A stretch of 63,711 bases of DNA, the filler included, from Octopus bimaculoides (Eukaryota), in NCBI RefSeq assembly GCF_001194135.2. It is 3 parts of 3 records of this genome, joined end to end, with 100 filler letters (N's around TTAATTAATTAA, not from the genome) between each part and the next. Parts side by side here need not be neighbours in the genome. Positions count along the whole stretch, not along the records: positions 27,019 to 53,183 come from NC_068988.1; positions 53,284 to 63,711 come from NC_068996.1; 1 more part is not named here. One strand, 5' to 3'. Below, in pieces: positions 47,771 through 60,617 of this stretch. The notes below the pieces were generated by a model. That model did not search any database and was not told where the DNA came from. It saw nothing but the letters and a program-made list of their open reading frames with translations. How positions within the stretch are numbered: the first letter of the stretch is position 1; every line of letters begins with the position of its first letter. The position numbers were made by a program, and so were the translations under genes.

Positions 47771-48189
47771 TTGGGTGGTGAGCTTNNNNNNNNNNNNNNN
47801 NNNNNNNNNNNNNNNNNNNNNNNNNNNNNNNNNNNNNNNNNNNNNNNNNNNNNNNNNNNNNNNNNNNNNNNNNNNNNNNNNNNNNNNNNNNNNNNNNNNN
47901 NNNNNNNNNNNNNNNNNNNNNNNNNNNNNNNNNNNNNNNNNNNNNNNNNNNNNNNNNNNNNNNNNNNNNNNNNNNNNNNNNNNNNNNNNNNNNNNNNNNN
48001 NNNNNNNNNNNNNNNNNNNNNNNNNNNNNNNNNNNNNNNNNNNNNNNNNNNNNNNNNNNNNNNNNNNNNNNNNNNNNNNNNNNNNNNNNNNNNNNNNNNN
48101 NNNNNNNNNNNNNNNNNNNNNNNNNNNNNNNNNNNNNNNNNNNNNNNNNNNNNNNNNNNNNNNNNNATATATATATATATATATATATA

Positions 48190-48480
48190 TATACTGGAGC
48201 TGATGTAATTGATTTGCCCCTCCCCTCAAAACTACATGCCTTGACCCAAAGTATGAAAGATTGATACTTATTATTAAGGAGTTGAAGGGCAGCAATCTGG
48301 TGGAATCGTTAACACACCGAAGAGCATCATTTTGTCCATCTTCAGGTTTGGGGTTGAAACTCTTCAGAGATCAACTTTGTCTTTCATCCTTTCAGGATTG
48401 GCAAAACAAGCGCCAGTTGATCATCGGGATTGAAATAATCAACAAAATCTCTGGCCTTGTGCCAAAATACGAAATCATTG
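48190..48480. mobile_element. SINE-A fragments (48190-48250 -, 48285-48480 +)
   Basis: Diverged family motifs. Confidence 0.75.
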
Positions 48481-49127
48481 TTATTATTTTTTATTTTTCA
48501 TTTTTTGAAACTCAAAAGACATCAAAATTTACAATGGCATACTTGTGAATATTTTAGTGGAACATGTGCTGACCACTGGACATTATGAGCTACTCTAGAA
48601 CTAATAAACGAAAGATTTCAAAGAGTTTACAAATTCATTAGAAGACTTTTCATCTTTAAAGTTATAATCACACAAGAGTTCAATGGTATTGATTATATTC
48701 TTGTTCTCCTGATAAAATCTCTCAGACTCCAGACTGTCTATAACTTAGTCATACAGACTGTCAATAATTTAGTCATACATTTTACACAATTGGCTGAAAT
48801 TTTTTTTCTAGACTGCTTTCAAGCTATTTCCTGGTATTTTAGTTTTTAATCTCAACTGTTGTATTTCTGACCAATACAGATCAATAGTTTAAAGGTCAGA
48901 AGCTATATATCATGTATACAGGCAGTATTGTTTCGTGTTGATCTGGTATGGTTAGCTATGAGTCTGTTGTTGTGTAATCCACAATAGTGGTAATTCAGAG
49001 AAGCATGGTTTGTTCTTATTGTTGTTGTTGTTACTGCTGTTGTGGTTTAGATATCCCTACCTCCCGGATGGTTCTTAATTGAGCAACCTTTTAATCAAAA
49101 GTGTCTCATCATGGCTGTCTTGTCTCT

Positions 49128-49336
49128 CTATCTTTGTAGCATTCTGATAACTATCAAATCTAACATTTTTAAAATTTACATTCCTTTGAATTAATCATGC
49201 TTTGTCTCATGAGATTTCAATGATATTTTTAGAATGACATTGTAGGCTTGGTCTAAGAGGCCAGACCTGGAAGTTTGAATGTAAACCATGTAGAAAATTT
49301 GGGCCAGATATAGAAGGTTTAGATGCTAAAGGGTTG
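49128..49336. mobile_element. piggyBac-like MITE with a degenerate left end
   Basis: ...TAGCATTC at the left and ATGCTAAAGGGTTGA at the right. Confidence 0.6.
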
Positions 49337-49374
49337 ATGGAGTCTAGAACTATCGAAGCTAATGTAAGTTTTAA

Positions 49375-49590
49375 CCCTTTTGTTACCTATTTCTCTTGGA
49401 ATCCACTAAATTTATTTCAATTCATTTTGAAAATGAAAAATTTAGTAAAATAGCTTTGTCATTATAAAACTGGTGTTTTAGAAAATAAATGAAGATGAAA
49501 TTTTGATGGGTTTTAATTTAGATTACTTTAAGACATGAAGTTTATATCACAGAACTATGAGGGGTCTTAGACAGATAGGTACCAAAAGGG
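49375..49590. mobile_element. piggyBac-like MITE with TTAA target duplication
   Basis: TTAA|CCCTTTTGTTACC ... GGTACCAAAAGGG|TTAA; the TIR matches at 12 of 13. Confidence 0.85.
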
Positions 49591-49689
49591 TTAAAACAGT
49601 GACTTTAAAAGAAATTTAGCTGCTACTTCTTGTAACTCAAGTAACCACATTTTGGATTTCTCTCTGGATTCTCTGGTATATTGCAGGCC

Positions 49690-51380
49690 ACTGTATGTGT
49701 GTGTGTTTGCATCTGTGTTTGTTGCCCGCCTCTTTGGCAAAAGAAAACCGATAGAACCAGTCTTCAAAAATAAAAACTACTACAGTTGACTCACTTGACT
49801 AAAATTCTCCAAGGCACTGCCCCAGCATGGCCACAGTCTGAAACAAGTAAAGAATAAAGGATAAGCATTTTGTCCGACACTCTAACGACTCTGCCAGTCT
49901 GCCACCTGACTGTTGGTGCCAGATTTTGTAAGATCAAGTAAATAACAGGCCAAATTCTTCACTTGGATAAAATATTGGTCTGTGGAAGGATTGTTTTTAT
50001 ATTTTAATCTGAGAAGATATCTAGCACCTTTTTCCCCTCCATATTTAAATGATTTGTTGGATATTATATAAAAATTTGCTGCCAAGAGAAGCAATAACAT
50101 ATCAATAGCAAACCATTATATGCAAAACCCTGAGCGAATAATTCAATAATAACAGCCATTCTCAAAGTCATCTTGTCTCTATAAAGCTGATGTAATATCT
50201 GGATGTATTATCTTCAGTTAATAACCTTTTACCACAAATAATCCATCCTAGAAACTGATCAAAATTCACTTGTTTCTGCAACAATGTATTTTGTCTGTTA
50301 TACACAGTAGAAGCAATATTCAATAATAATAGCAATGTATGTATCATTATAAATACATCCATGAAAGGCAAGTTACTGTGGTATTTTTCCAGAGATAACA
50401 TCTTGTATGGATGTGCTGTGTTTAAAAGCACAATAAGCACAATGTGTGGCTGTGTGGTAAGGAGTTTGCTTCCCAACCGCATAGTTCCAGGTTCAGTCCC
50501 ACTGGATGGCATCTTGGCCAAGTGTCTTCTACTATAGCCTTGTGAGTGGATTTGGCAGATGGAAACTGAAAGAAGCCTGTTGTATATATATGTGTGTGTG
50601 TGCGTGTGTATCTTTGTGAGTCTGTGTTTATGTCCCTGTAACAGAGCAGTTTGGCAAAAGGGATTGATGGAATGAGTACCTGAGTAAAAAAATAAGTACT
50701 GGGGTCTATTCATTCAATGATGATGATGACGATGACGACAATGAGAATGATGATGGTGGTGGTGGTGGTGGTGGCGGTTTTGATGATGATGATGTGGTGG
50801 AGGAGGAGGAATATAATATTTTACAGAGTCTGATAAACAATTGAGTAGAATATAAAACGTGCGTGTAATTATATATATATTACAGTCATGTGTATGCAAT
50901 TAATTCGGTGTACTTGCACATAATTACGTAGGTTCATAGTGTGTATGTGCATGCGTGCAGTTTGCCAGTGCATAACATGATTGATGACATAACTATTTCA
51001 CAAACAACATCATTATATATTTAATGTAATTGTGTAATTTAATATGGTTGTATATCTAACAAGTGAAAGTGCAATGGCTTAGTGGTTAGAGCATTCAGCT
51101 CATGACTGTAAAGTTCTGAGTTCAATTCCTAGCAGTGTGTTGCATCCTTAAGCAAGACATTTTATTTCACGTTGCTCCAGTCTACTCAGCTGGTAAAAAT
51201 CAGTTTTTCCTGTTATTCAAAGGGTCGTCCTTGTCACACTCTGTGTTATGCTGAATCTCCCTGAGAATTACATTAAGGGTATGCATGTATGTGGAATACT
51301 CAGCCACCTGTACATTAATTTCATGAGCAGGCTGTTCCATCAATTGTATCAACTGGAAGACTCGTTGTTGTAACCAATGG
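49690..51380 (+). mobile_element. SINE-B (49690-49860, 50445-50720) and SINE-C (51072-51380)
   Basis: SINE-C has A-box TGGCTTAGTGG and B-box GAGTTCAATTCC. Confidence 0.85.
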
Positions 51381-51437
51381 AGAGCCTGTTTTGTTTTGTT
51401 CTTTGTTTTTTTTTTTATCTAACATGGTGTCATGGAT

Positions 51438-51729
51438 CAGTGGTTCCCAAACTTTTTTGGATTGCCGCCCCCTTGACACTCTGGCCACATTCCTGTTGGT
51501 TGGCATTAGGAAAGGCATCCAGCTGTAGAAGCATTGCCAGATCAGATTGGAGCCTGGTACAGCCACTGGCTCTCCAGACCTCGGTCAAACCGTCCAACCC
51601 ATGCCAGCATGGAAAGCGGACGTTAAACAAGGACGATGATGATGATTATCATCCCAGTTTTCTTCAACGCACCCTTGGAACTTTCCATCACCCCCAGGCG
51701 GGCAGTACCACCCATTTTGGAAACCACTG
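51438..51729. mobile_element. hAT (Charlie-like) MITE with a nested RTE tail (about 51489-51645 +)
   Basis: CAGTGGTTCCCAAAC ... TTTTGGAAACCACTG. Flanks TCATGGAT and TCTTAGAT match at 6 of 8. The insert ends CCATGCCAGCATGGAAAGCGGACGTTAAAC..(GAT)n. Confidence 0.82.
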
Positions 51730-53141
51730 TCTTAGATCATGATTGGGTATATAACAGGGACCTAATTAACAAAGAACATTACTGTTAGCCATCAAGTTGT
51801 GCATAATATAGCTATGTATGATAAATTTGGATATCTCATGCATGTTTATAACAGTACATAACTCATATGAGTAAGGTGCTATTTGCTATGATATATCTAT
51901 CTCAGAGGATTGCATCACACAGCTATATGTACATAATACAGTTATTAATAGTGATAAGAACAATATTAATATCAAAAGGTAATATTTATCCCTGCTTAGA
52001 ATATGACGTTGTGTTAGAATACAAAATACTGTGATATTTAGCATGAAAGAACTGCTCATATGGTCTTCTGGTGCATATAAATACTCTTGCTTATATTGCT
52101 AATGGGAGACTAAGGGCTATGAATTAAGGTAGTTGCATAAGTGCCCGGCAGTGGGTTTGAACTAAAAGCAATGTGGTTGGGAAGCAAACTTTTGAACCGC
52201 ACAGCCATTCCTGCACCCATTATTGTAGTATGTGTAAATAGTGAAACATTTTTTTTTCCAGCTCCAAAGATGAGGTTAATAGCAAGAAAATTATAATCCT
52301 ATGAAAATTTTCACAAAAAAATGAAAAAAAAATTTTTTTTTAAATTTCAAATAAAATACATTATAAAATAACCCAAAACAAGCAAAAAATAATTTTAAAA
52401 TATGAAGTGGTGACATGGAAAAAAAAAAAAAGAAGAGAAACAGAATAAGAAATTTTCTAAATATTATTTAAAAATGATAATTTTTTTTATAAATAATGAA
52501 AATGTAAAAAGATATTTGAAATTAAAAAGTGCATTTAACAGAAAAATAATGTCAGAAAGAATTTTCTTGCGATGGAGATAGGCAAAAAGAAAAAATGTGA
52601 AAGAAAAATTATTTGTAGATAGAAGTAAGTAAAATATGTTGTTTAAAATATACACAACAACAACAACAACAACAACAACAGTTACAAAACTAACAAGTAA
52701 CAAAAAAAAAGAGACAAAAAAGAGACATGACAAACGAAAAGTGAGAAAGCTGCAGACAAAATGTTGTACAAATATGTTTCTTTTTCAATGTCTGATGTCA
52801 CACCATCCCCCGTCGGCTTCACAACAAAACTGATAACAGCAAGAACTGGGATTAAACAGATCTTATTTCTTGATGGATATCTTCTAACACACACACATAC
52901 ACACATGCACACATGCGCGTGCATACATACTCACACATGTGTGTACAGATGCACATATACACAGCGTTACAAGTTGTATGTCTGTATGTGTATCTGAAAG
53001 TGAAAGTACTCAAAACTTGTAATAAAGTTTATTTATTCTTCTAAAACAATAATTCACTCCATTACCACATGCGTGTTGCGCAAGTGTCTTTGTGTGTATA
53101 TGTGTGTGTGTGCCTGTATACAAACGTACATTTATACATAC

Positions 53142-53183
<42 letters not shown>

Positions 53184-53283
53184 NNNNNNNNNNNNNNNNN
53201 NNNNNNNNNNNNNNNNNNNNNNNNNNNTTAATTAATTAANNNNNNNNNNNNNNNNNNNNNNNNNNNNNNNNNNNNNNNNNNNN
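53184..53283. other. Artificial scaffold linker, 44N-TTAATTAATTAA-44N
   Basis: Same construct as 26919-27018. Confidence 0.9.
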
Positions 53284-54059
53284 ATATATATATATATATA
53301 CATATATACATACATATATATATACATCTATGGAAGTGATTGTGTGAGAGTCCGTACGCAATGTTGTAGGTAAGTTGATATATACATATGTATGTGTATG
53401 TTTCTTTGTGTGTGTGAATAAGAGTGTGCATATACACATGTGCTTCGCTGTATGTATATGCAAGTCAAAGAGAGTAGGTTTACTTGCTTATCTATGTGTA
53501 CGTATGTCGATATGTATATATATTCACATATACCAGAGGGTGTATATATAAGTGCATAAGTGTATATGTTGATCGGAGTATGTATATATATGTATACATA
53601 GGTATAAATATATGTATATATGCATGTATACATAGATGCCTAAATATATGTATATACGTGTATGTACGTGAGTTTATGTGTATCTATGTATATCAGAGTG
53701 TATGTATGTGTGTATATAGGTATATATACATAGGTTTGCCAGCCAGTATCAAAATAACCAGCTGGTACCATCCATAGCAGTCCGTCAAATGCACTCTGGT
53801 TGCACACACCATGAGCCTATAAGCTACTACTAAATTCAAACCCCGACGATTTTAAACTAACTGAGACAACACTCCGTATCGCCTGAGGAATCACAACTAG
53901 ATTTCATTATGCAAACAAGCGGTTACATAATCAAATACCTGTATTTTTTGAGAACTACATTGCGTCGAAACAACTGTAGCGATCAAAAAATAACTGTACT
54001 GCCGTACTCCTCGTTGACTCCAATTTTTTCAATTTTATATTCACACACGAAGAATACCC

Positions 54060-54630
54060 AAGCTTAAACTGGGAAGTATATAATAATAGTACCGGATAGT
54101 TCTGGGCAATTCTGAATGTGGACGAGCATTATGCTGTACTCTACCACGTTCGAGCTTACTGCATATCATATTGGGTAAAAGTCTTTTAATGTAGCTTGGG
54201 TCGCCCATATCCTCAGATCGGATAGATTGTACTTGTTAGGTGGATCGTACCTGTGATTTCAAGATCTGTCTTTGTCATACTGTCACACTATCATGCTGAT
54301 TCCGTCTGAGAATTATGTAAAGGGAAACTTGACAGAGGAGTACTTAACCACTTAGAAACTAACTCAATTAGCAGACAGTCTATCGCAAGCATGATTTTAT
54401 GATTAAGAAGCTCACTTTACAGTCACACTGTTTCAGGTTCAGTTCCACTACACAGCACCTTGAGTAAACGTTTTCTACTATAGCGTCGGGCTGTCAATGC
54501 CTTGAGGAAATAAATTTGGTAGACAAAAGCTGTGTGAAAACTTATCGTATGTGTGTGTGCGCGCGCGTCTTTGTGTCTCTTCACCCCTTGACAACCAGTG
54601 TTGGTTTGTTTACGTCCCTGTAATCTTGTA
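54060..54630 (+). mobile_element. Degraded SINE-C (54060-54370) and the 5' part of a SINE-B (54400-54630) whose tail resumes at 58673-58780
   Basis: SINE-B stops at TACGTCCCTGTAATCTTGTAGTTC and resumes CTAGGATATAAAAAAATGAGTA...GATTTGTTCGACTAAAAATCCTTCAAGG. Confidence 0.75.
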
Positions 54631-54637
54631 GTTCTTA

Positions 54638-57600
54638 TTGGCCTCCGTGGTACAGTTGCAACAACAACAACAACAGCAACAACAGCAGCAATTACAACAG
54701 CAGCAACAGCAACTACAACAGCAGCAGCAACAACTACAACAGCAACAACAAAAAAACCAACAGTTGCTGGAATCAACATTAAAGAAGTCTGAAAATACTT
54801 CAGATTCGTACTCACCAGACAGCGTAGAAAACTCAATTGAAGAATTTAGTTATAAACCAAAAGAAGGATTTACCTTTTCTGCATATTTTCGATGATACGA
54901 AGAAATCATCAAAGAAAAATGTGAAAATTGGTCTGACGAGAAAAAAGTGCGTCTACTTTCAAGAAAGTTATCCCTGCCGAAAACGAAAAATATAGTAATT
55001 ATATTCTACCGAAGAAACCAAGTGAGATTTGTTTCGATTAAACGATTAATTTTTTATCGAAAAGTTTTAGTGAAAGAAGTTCCCTGTTCAATACTCGCTG
55101 ACAGTGTTCAAATTTGGTCAAAAAAATGATGAAGATTTCGTCACCTATGCTGGGTTTGCTAACAGAGAGTGAAAAATATTCAAATTAAACGAATTAACCC
55201 CAGGCATGTTCAAATTTTTGTTCAAGAGCAAGCAAAGATGCAGATATACGATCCCGGATATTAGCAAAATTAGAACAGGACCAAAAATTAACTCTACAGG
55301 CAGTAGTAGAATAATGTCAAAGGATTATAAATCCAAGATATGACGCTAATAAAATTGAAGTAAAAGATCGCTCTCATATTCATGTGTGTCGACCGTTAAC
55401 GGATATAAAAAAGAGATAAAATATCAAGATTGAATCCATGTCACGAGTGTTGTGGGCTACATTTTAAAAGCAACTGTCCGTTTAAAAATATGAAATTCTT
55501 CAAGTGTGGTAAGATAGGTTATAAAAATTCACCGGTGACAAGAAATACGAACAAGCCACAAAAGAAATTTGTGTATGTAAAAAATGAATAACATTAGCGT
55601 AAAGTTACACTTGGATACGGCAGTGATATCTCGATAATTAAAATAGATACATGGTAAAAAATCGGGAAACCCAGATTAAAATAAACTTCGAAAATTGCAC
55701 ATAGTGTTTCAGGAAAAACTACATTTTAAGGGAGAAATGTTAAGTGACGTTATATTTCGTAGAAAAACCTTAAAAGCCAAAGGTTTTGTGTTGAATAATA
55801 CGACAAATTTATTCGGAACTGGCTGGTTGGAATTAATTAACTTATGGGACCTTCCCATAAATCTTTTTTGTAAAAATGTGAATAGTTTTTTCCGCCAATA
55901 AAAATAAGTCGTCAGGCGAATTTAAAAGAAAATTGAAAAAGATTTTTCCTGAAGTTCTGTTTGATGAATTAGGCTTGTGCACCAAAACAAAAGCGAAGTT
56001 TCAAGTAAAAGAAAACGCCATACCTTTATCTAAACCAAAGCGAATGGTACCTTTCGCAACGTTAGAACAAATAAACTAAGAATTAGAGAGACTAGAAAAA
56101 AGTTTGAGTTATCTAAAAAGTGGAATATTCTGAATGGGCATCACCAACTGTTTACGTTTAGAAAAAGAATAATAAAATCAGAGTGTGTGCTGATTTTTCC
56201 ACTGGTTTAAACAAATGTCTTAAAGCATTCTNNNNNNNNNNATAGACGATGAATGCCCAAAATACCTAGCAATTAACACACATAAAGGACTGTATAAATA
56301 CAACAGGATACTATTTGGCTTAAAAGTCGCATAGACGATTTTTCAACAGATTATGGATGCAATATTAGCAGACTGTAAATTCGCAATTCCATATCTCATA
56401 AAAAGCGAATACCTGGGCTAGCACGTAGAGCACGTAAAATATGTGTTCGAAAAATTATGGATTACAGCTTTACTTTGAGTGAAAAAGTATGAATTTTTCT
56501 TACCGAAAATTAAATATTTATGACACATCATTGACAGAAATGGACGTCGACCAGATCCATCGATGGCAGACGCAATTACAAATATGCCTCTTTGGAGAAA
56601 TATAGTGACCTTACAAGCTTCTTTGGGACTGGCAAATTATTAACAAAATTATATTCCAAATATGCATAAAGTAAGAGTTCTGCTAAATAATCTATTAAAA
56701 GAGATGTAAAGTGGAATTGGTTTGAAAATTGTCAGAAGGCGTTCGACGAAATTTTAAAAATATTAACATTTGATTTGTCGTTAACACACTTCGATCCTGC
56801 TTCAGGTTGTAGCTTCAGGTGCCTCTGAGTACGGTAAAGGAGCAGTAATGCTACATAAATATAAAGATGGTAACATGAAGGCGGTGGTTCATGCTTCACG
56901 TTCTATGATATCAACAGAAAAAAATTACAGCCAAATCGAAAAAGAGGCTCTAGTGATTATTTTTGCCGTGAAAAAATTCATAGATGCTTACATGGTAGAA
57001 GTTTTCAACTACAGACTAATCATCATCCGGTATTATCCATACACGGGTCGAAGAAAGGAATCCTACCCATACTACTAATAGGTTGCAACGCTGGGGTACT
57101 ATATTATTAAACTATGATTTTAAAATGGAGTATATACCATCTAAGAAATTAGATTGTTTATCAAGACTGATTTCAAAAAAATAATTGCTGCGTTGCGAGT
57201 GGAGGATGAAATTAAAATGTTTTGTGTAATGTCATACGTGAACTGCCAGTCACATTAAAAGACATAAAATTAAAATCGGAAAACGATAAATTCATTTTAA
57301 AAAATGGAAGAAATGCTAAAGGCTAAAAGAGATTAAAAAAATATGTGCAACACAAATTCGAACCCATTCTCAATGTATGATAATGTATTGATGCACGCAC
57401 AAAGAATCGTAGTACCAGCCACAGAACAGAAGTGATTACCACAGGAATGTCACATTGGTCACCAAGGGATTTCGAGAATGAAATCATTAATGAGAAGTTA
57501 TGTATATTGGCCAACAATGGACCGATATTGTAGAACCAGTAAAAGCATGCAGAGAGTGTGCCCCTGCTGCAAAATCACCTACCATTAAATGGAAACCGTG

Positions 57601-58455
57601 GCTAAAAACAGATATTCTATGGGCCAGACTGCATGTTGATTACGCAGGTTCACTCAAAGGTTCATATTACCTTGCTGTGGTGGACAGTTTTTCAAAGTGG
57701 CCTGAAGTGCATAAGTGTAAAAAGCCGACATCTACGATTACAGTGAGTTTTTTACACGAATCGTTAGCCAGATTTAGTATTCCGGATACCATTGCGTCCA
57801 ATAATGGAACTCAATTTACTTCTAACGAGATCAGAAAATTTTGTAAAATGTTCGTTATTGAACATGTGACCACTCCGACGTATCATCCTAGGTCAAATGG
57901 ATAAGCTGAACGTTTTGTTAACACTTTCAACACGGTATTATAAAGGGCGAACAGTGAAGTAATGGACGACCTTGCACATCAACAATTTCTGAGAGTGTAC
58001 CGAATAACATCTAATCCGAATACCCCGTCTGGAATATCGCCCGCGGAATTGATGCACGCTAGAAAGATCAGATCCGTCTTTGATAAGTTGATATTGAGTG
58101 AAAATAGAAATATGTGAACAAAATACTTCAAAATTCTTCAAGTTAGGCACAAAGTTTTTTTAGAACCTATAGATATGGCAGAGAAAACTAGGAGGATGGT
58201 GTAATTATTAAACAAATTGGAAGAATTTGTTTAATAATTCATGGTAAAAGGAAAAAATGTTGAACGTAAAATTAACCAACATAAAAAAACATTCACAGAA
58301 AAAGTAGTCACGAGAAATGAAATCTCCATGGGAGTATTATACGACACGTTTGAGGTACCAACACCCAGACAATTTGAAACTACACGTTCCAGCACCAGAA
58401 GACGGAAAAGAACACGGACTTTAATTCTCAAAAGGGGCGAGGTTAGAAGAGACTA
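54638..58455 (+). pseudogene. Decayed Ty3/Gypsy gag-pol (Mag/K02A2.6-like): polyQ-gag, two Zn knuckles, protease, RT, RNase H, integrase
   Basis: Gag ENSIEEFSYKPKEGFTFSAYFR...KKVRLL; CHECCGLHFKSNC; LDT-G-SDISII with a 1-nt deletion (about 55611); EWASPTV..RVCADFSTGLN; NTHKGLYKYNRILFG; NYSQIEKEAL; HIGHQG..YVYWP..CREC; LHVDYAG, VVDSFSKWPEV, SNNGTQFTS, YHPRSNG*AER. Many stops and frameshifts. Confidence 0.95.
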
Positions 58456-58472
58456 ATTCTAAAAAGGGAAGA

Positions 58473-58672
58473 TGTTTGGAAGGATTCCGACCACCCCCAA
58501 GTGACCAAAAGTGGATTAACACATTGCTACAAAATAAAGGACTGTCAGCAAATGAGTGAGCCCTTAGCAGAGACCGTGTAACCTCGTGTAACCTCGTGTA
58601 ACAGTAATAGTAGTGCGTCGCGTAAATACTTCTCCCCTCCACCACCACCTTCGCTAAATTATTAATCAAACA
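58473..58672 (+). mobile_element. 3' LTR (200 bp) of the Gypsy element, preceded by a polypurine tract
   Basis: AAAAAGGGAAGA (58461-58472) followed by TGTTTG...CAAACA, a perfect 6-bp terminal inversion. Confidence 0.88.
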
Positions 58673-59158
58673 CTAGGATATAAAAAAATGAGTATTAGAG
58701 ACGATTTGTTCGACTAAAAATCCTTCAAGGCAATGCTTCAGCATGACTGCAGTCCAATGACTGAAACTAGTAAAGGGTTACAGAAACTGCAGCTGATCGG
58801 ATAACTGAATACATTGCTTTCCTGGAGAAAGCCTGCAGTTTTGCTGCCGGCTTAGCTCCACTACTCCAGGTTTCTCAACACTTATACATACACACAGAAT
58901 ATAAAATCATCTCTGGCTGCCTCGATTGAAACTGAATGCTCATATGTCATCTCCACTTAGACACTACCGACTGACTTGGCTCTTCTTCGCTGGTATATAT
59001 TTACGGCCTTCCCAGACACAGACACCACCCTAACTATTATGTCCTGTTCTTGCTGTACTTATCTACAAGTACATGTACCGAGCATGATGGAATTAAGAAA
59101 TAGGAACAGCTTCATAATAAAAATTATCTACACACATACCTGCATGCGTGTGAGTGTA

Positions 59159-59650
<492 letters not shown>

Positions 59651-59859
59651 CTCTATGACGACACCTGTGAAGGTAATAACATCATGAGATGATGTAAAAA
59701 AACCCTGAACGAGTACTCTGATTATACAGCTGTTCCACGTGTGCTAAGGGTGACTCTACTGACGTACTTAAACAGAGATGGGAGGAAAATAATCATTGTA
59801 TGAGCAAAACGTTAAGCATGAGTGTATATGCTGTAAGACTTTTACTCCGCAAGTTCGGG

Positions 59860-60215
59860 AGATAATATAAGCGCAACAGGCTAGATATGGTTGTAGGGGA
59901 TATGGATCAAACTTCTTGCATCGTTACAGAGATCAGCTGCCCAGCAATGGGATTGTCTCTCTTCAAAAACTGGGAAAAGGAGAATAACTATAGAAAACTG
60001 ATGAGAAACATACAACTCTTATACCCAGTTTACCGATTTTCATTTGTCCCTGTTATCATAGCTACACTGGTCTATGTTACAACAGATCTATTCAGGAACC
60101 TAGAAATGCATGAGTTTCCCCCCCCCCCAAAAAAAAACACCAGACTGATTCACATTCTTTAGATAGAATCGATCGTAGGAACAATGAAGATTGATTTTTT
60201 AAAATTTCGGGGAGT
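59860..60215 (+). pseudogene. Restriction-like endonuclease domain of an R4/Dong-type non-LTR retrotransposon
   Basis: KRNRLDMVVGD...IVTEISCPA...EKENNYRKLMRNIQLLYPVYRFSFVPVII..L.YVT...IESIVGTMKI, which corresponds to RPD-x-D/E-x-C...K...Y. Confidence 0.8.
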
Positions 60216-60269
60216 CTCCATTTTAGGAGATATGTAGACAATCAGTCTCCTGTATATATGGGTTTATGA

Positions 60270-60318
<49 letters not shown>

Positions 60319-60617
60319 GGTGCATAGACCTTTATGTGTGTGTATATATTTATTCCTTGAAATACTAGTCACCAATGTCTACCTAAATGCTCGATTACTT
60401 ATTTTGTCTCTTCGTTTTGTACTTGGTTGTTTTTTCAATTTATGATTAGTCATTTAATTTCTTTATTTTTTATTTTTGATTCTTAGATATTTGTTTTATT
60501 GATGATTATTTGTAAGTAGGTTCATTACCTATGAAAAACACTGTACTTCATTCAAAGTCATTCCAAACCATGATCTCTGTTGTACACAATCAGCTACTGG
60601 CAAATAACGAAATGTAT

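Noticed and set aside
54638-58455. Domesticated or intact Gypsy gene
   Set aside because: Stops and frameshifts occur in every domain and the RT catalytic aspartates are deleted.
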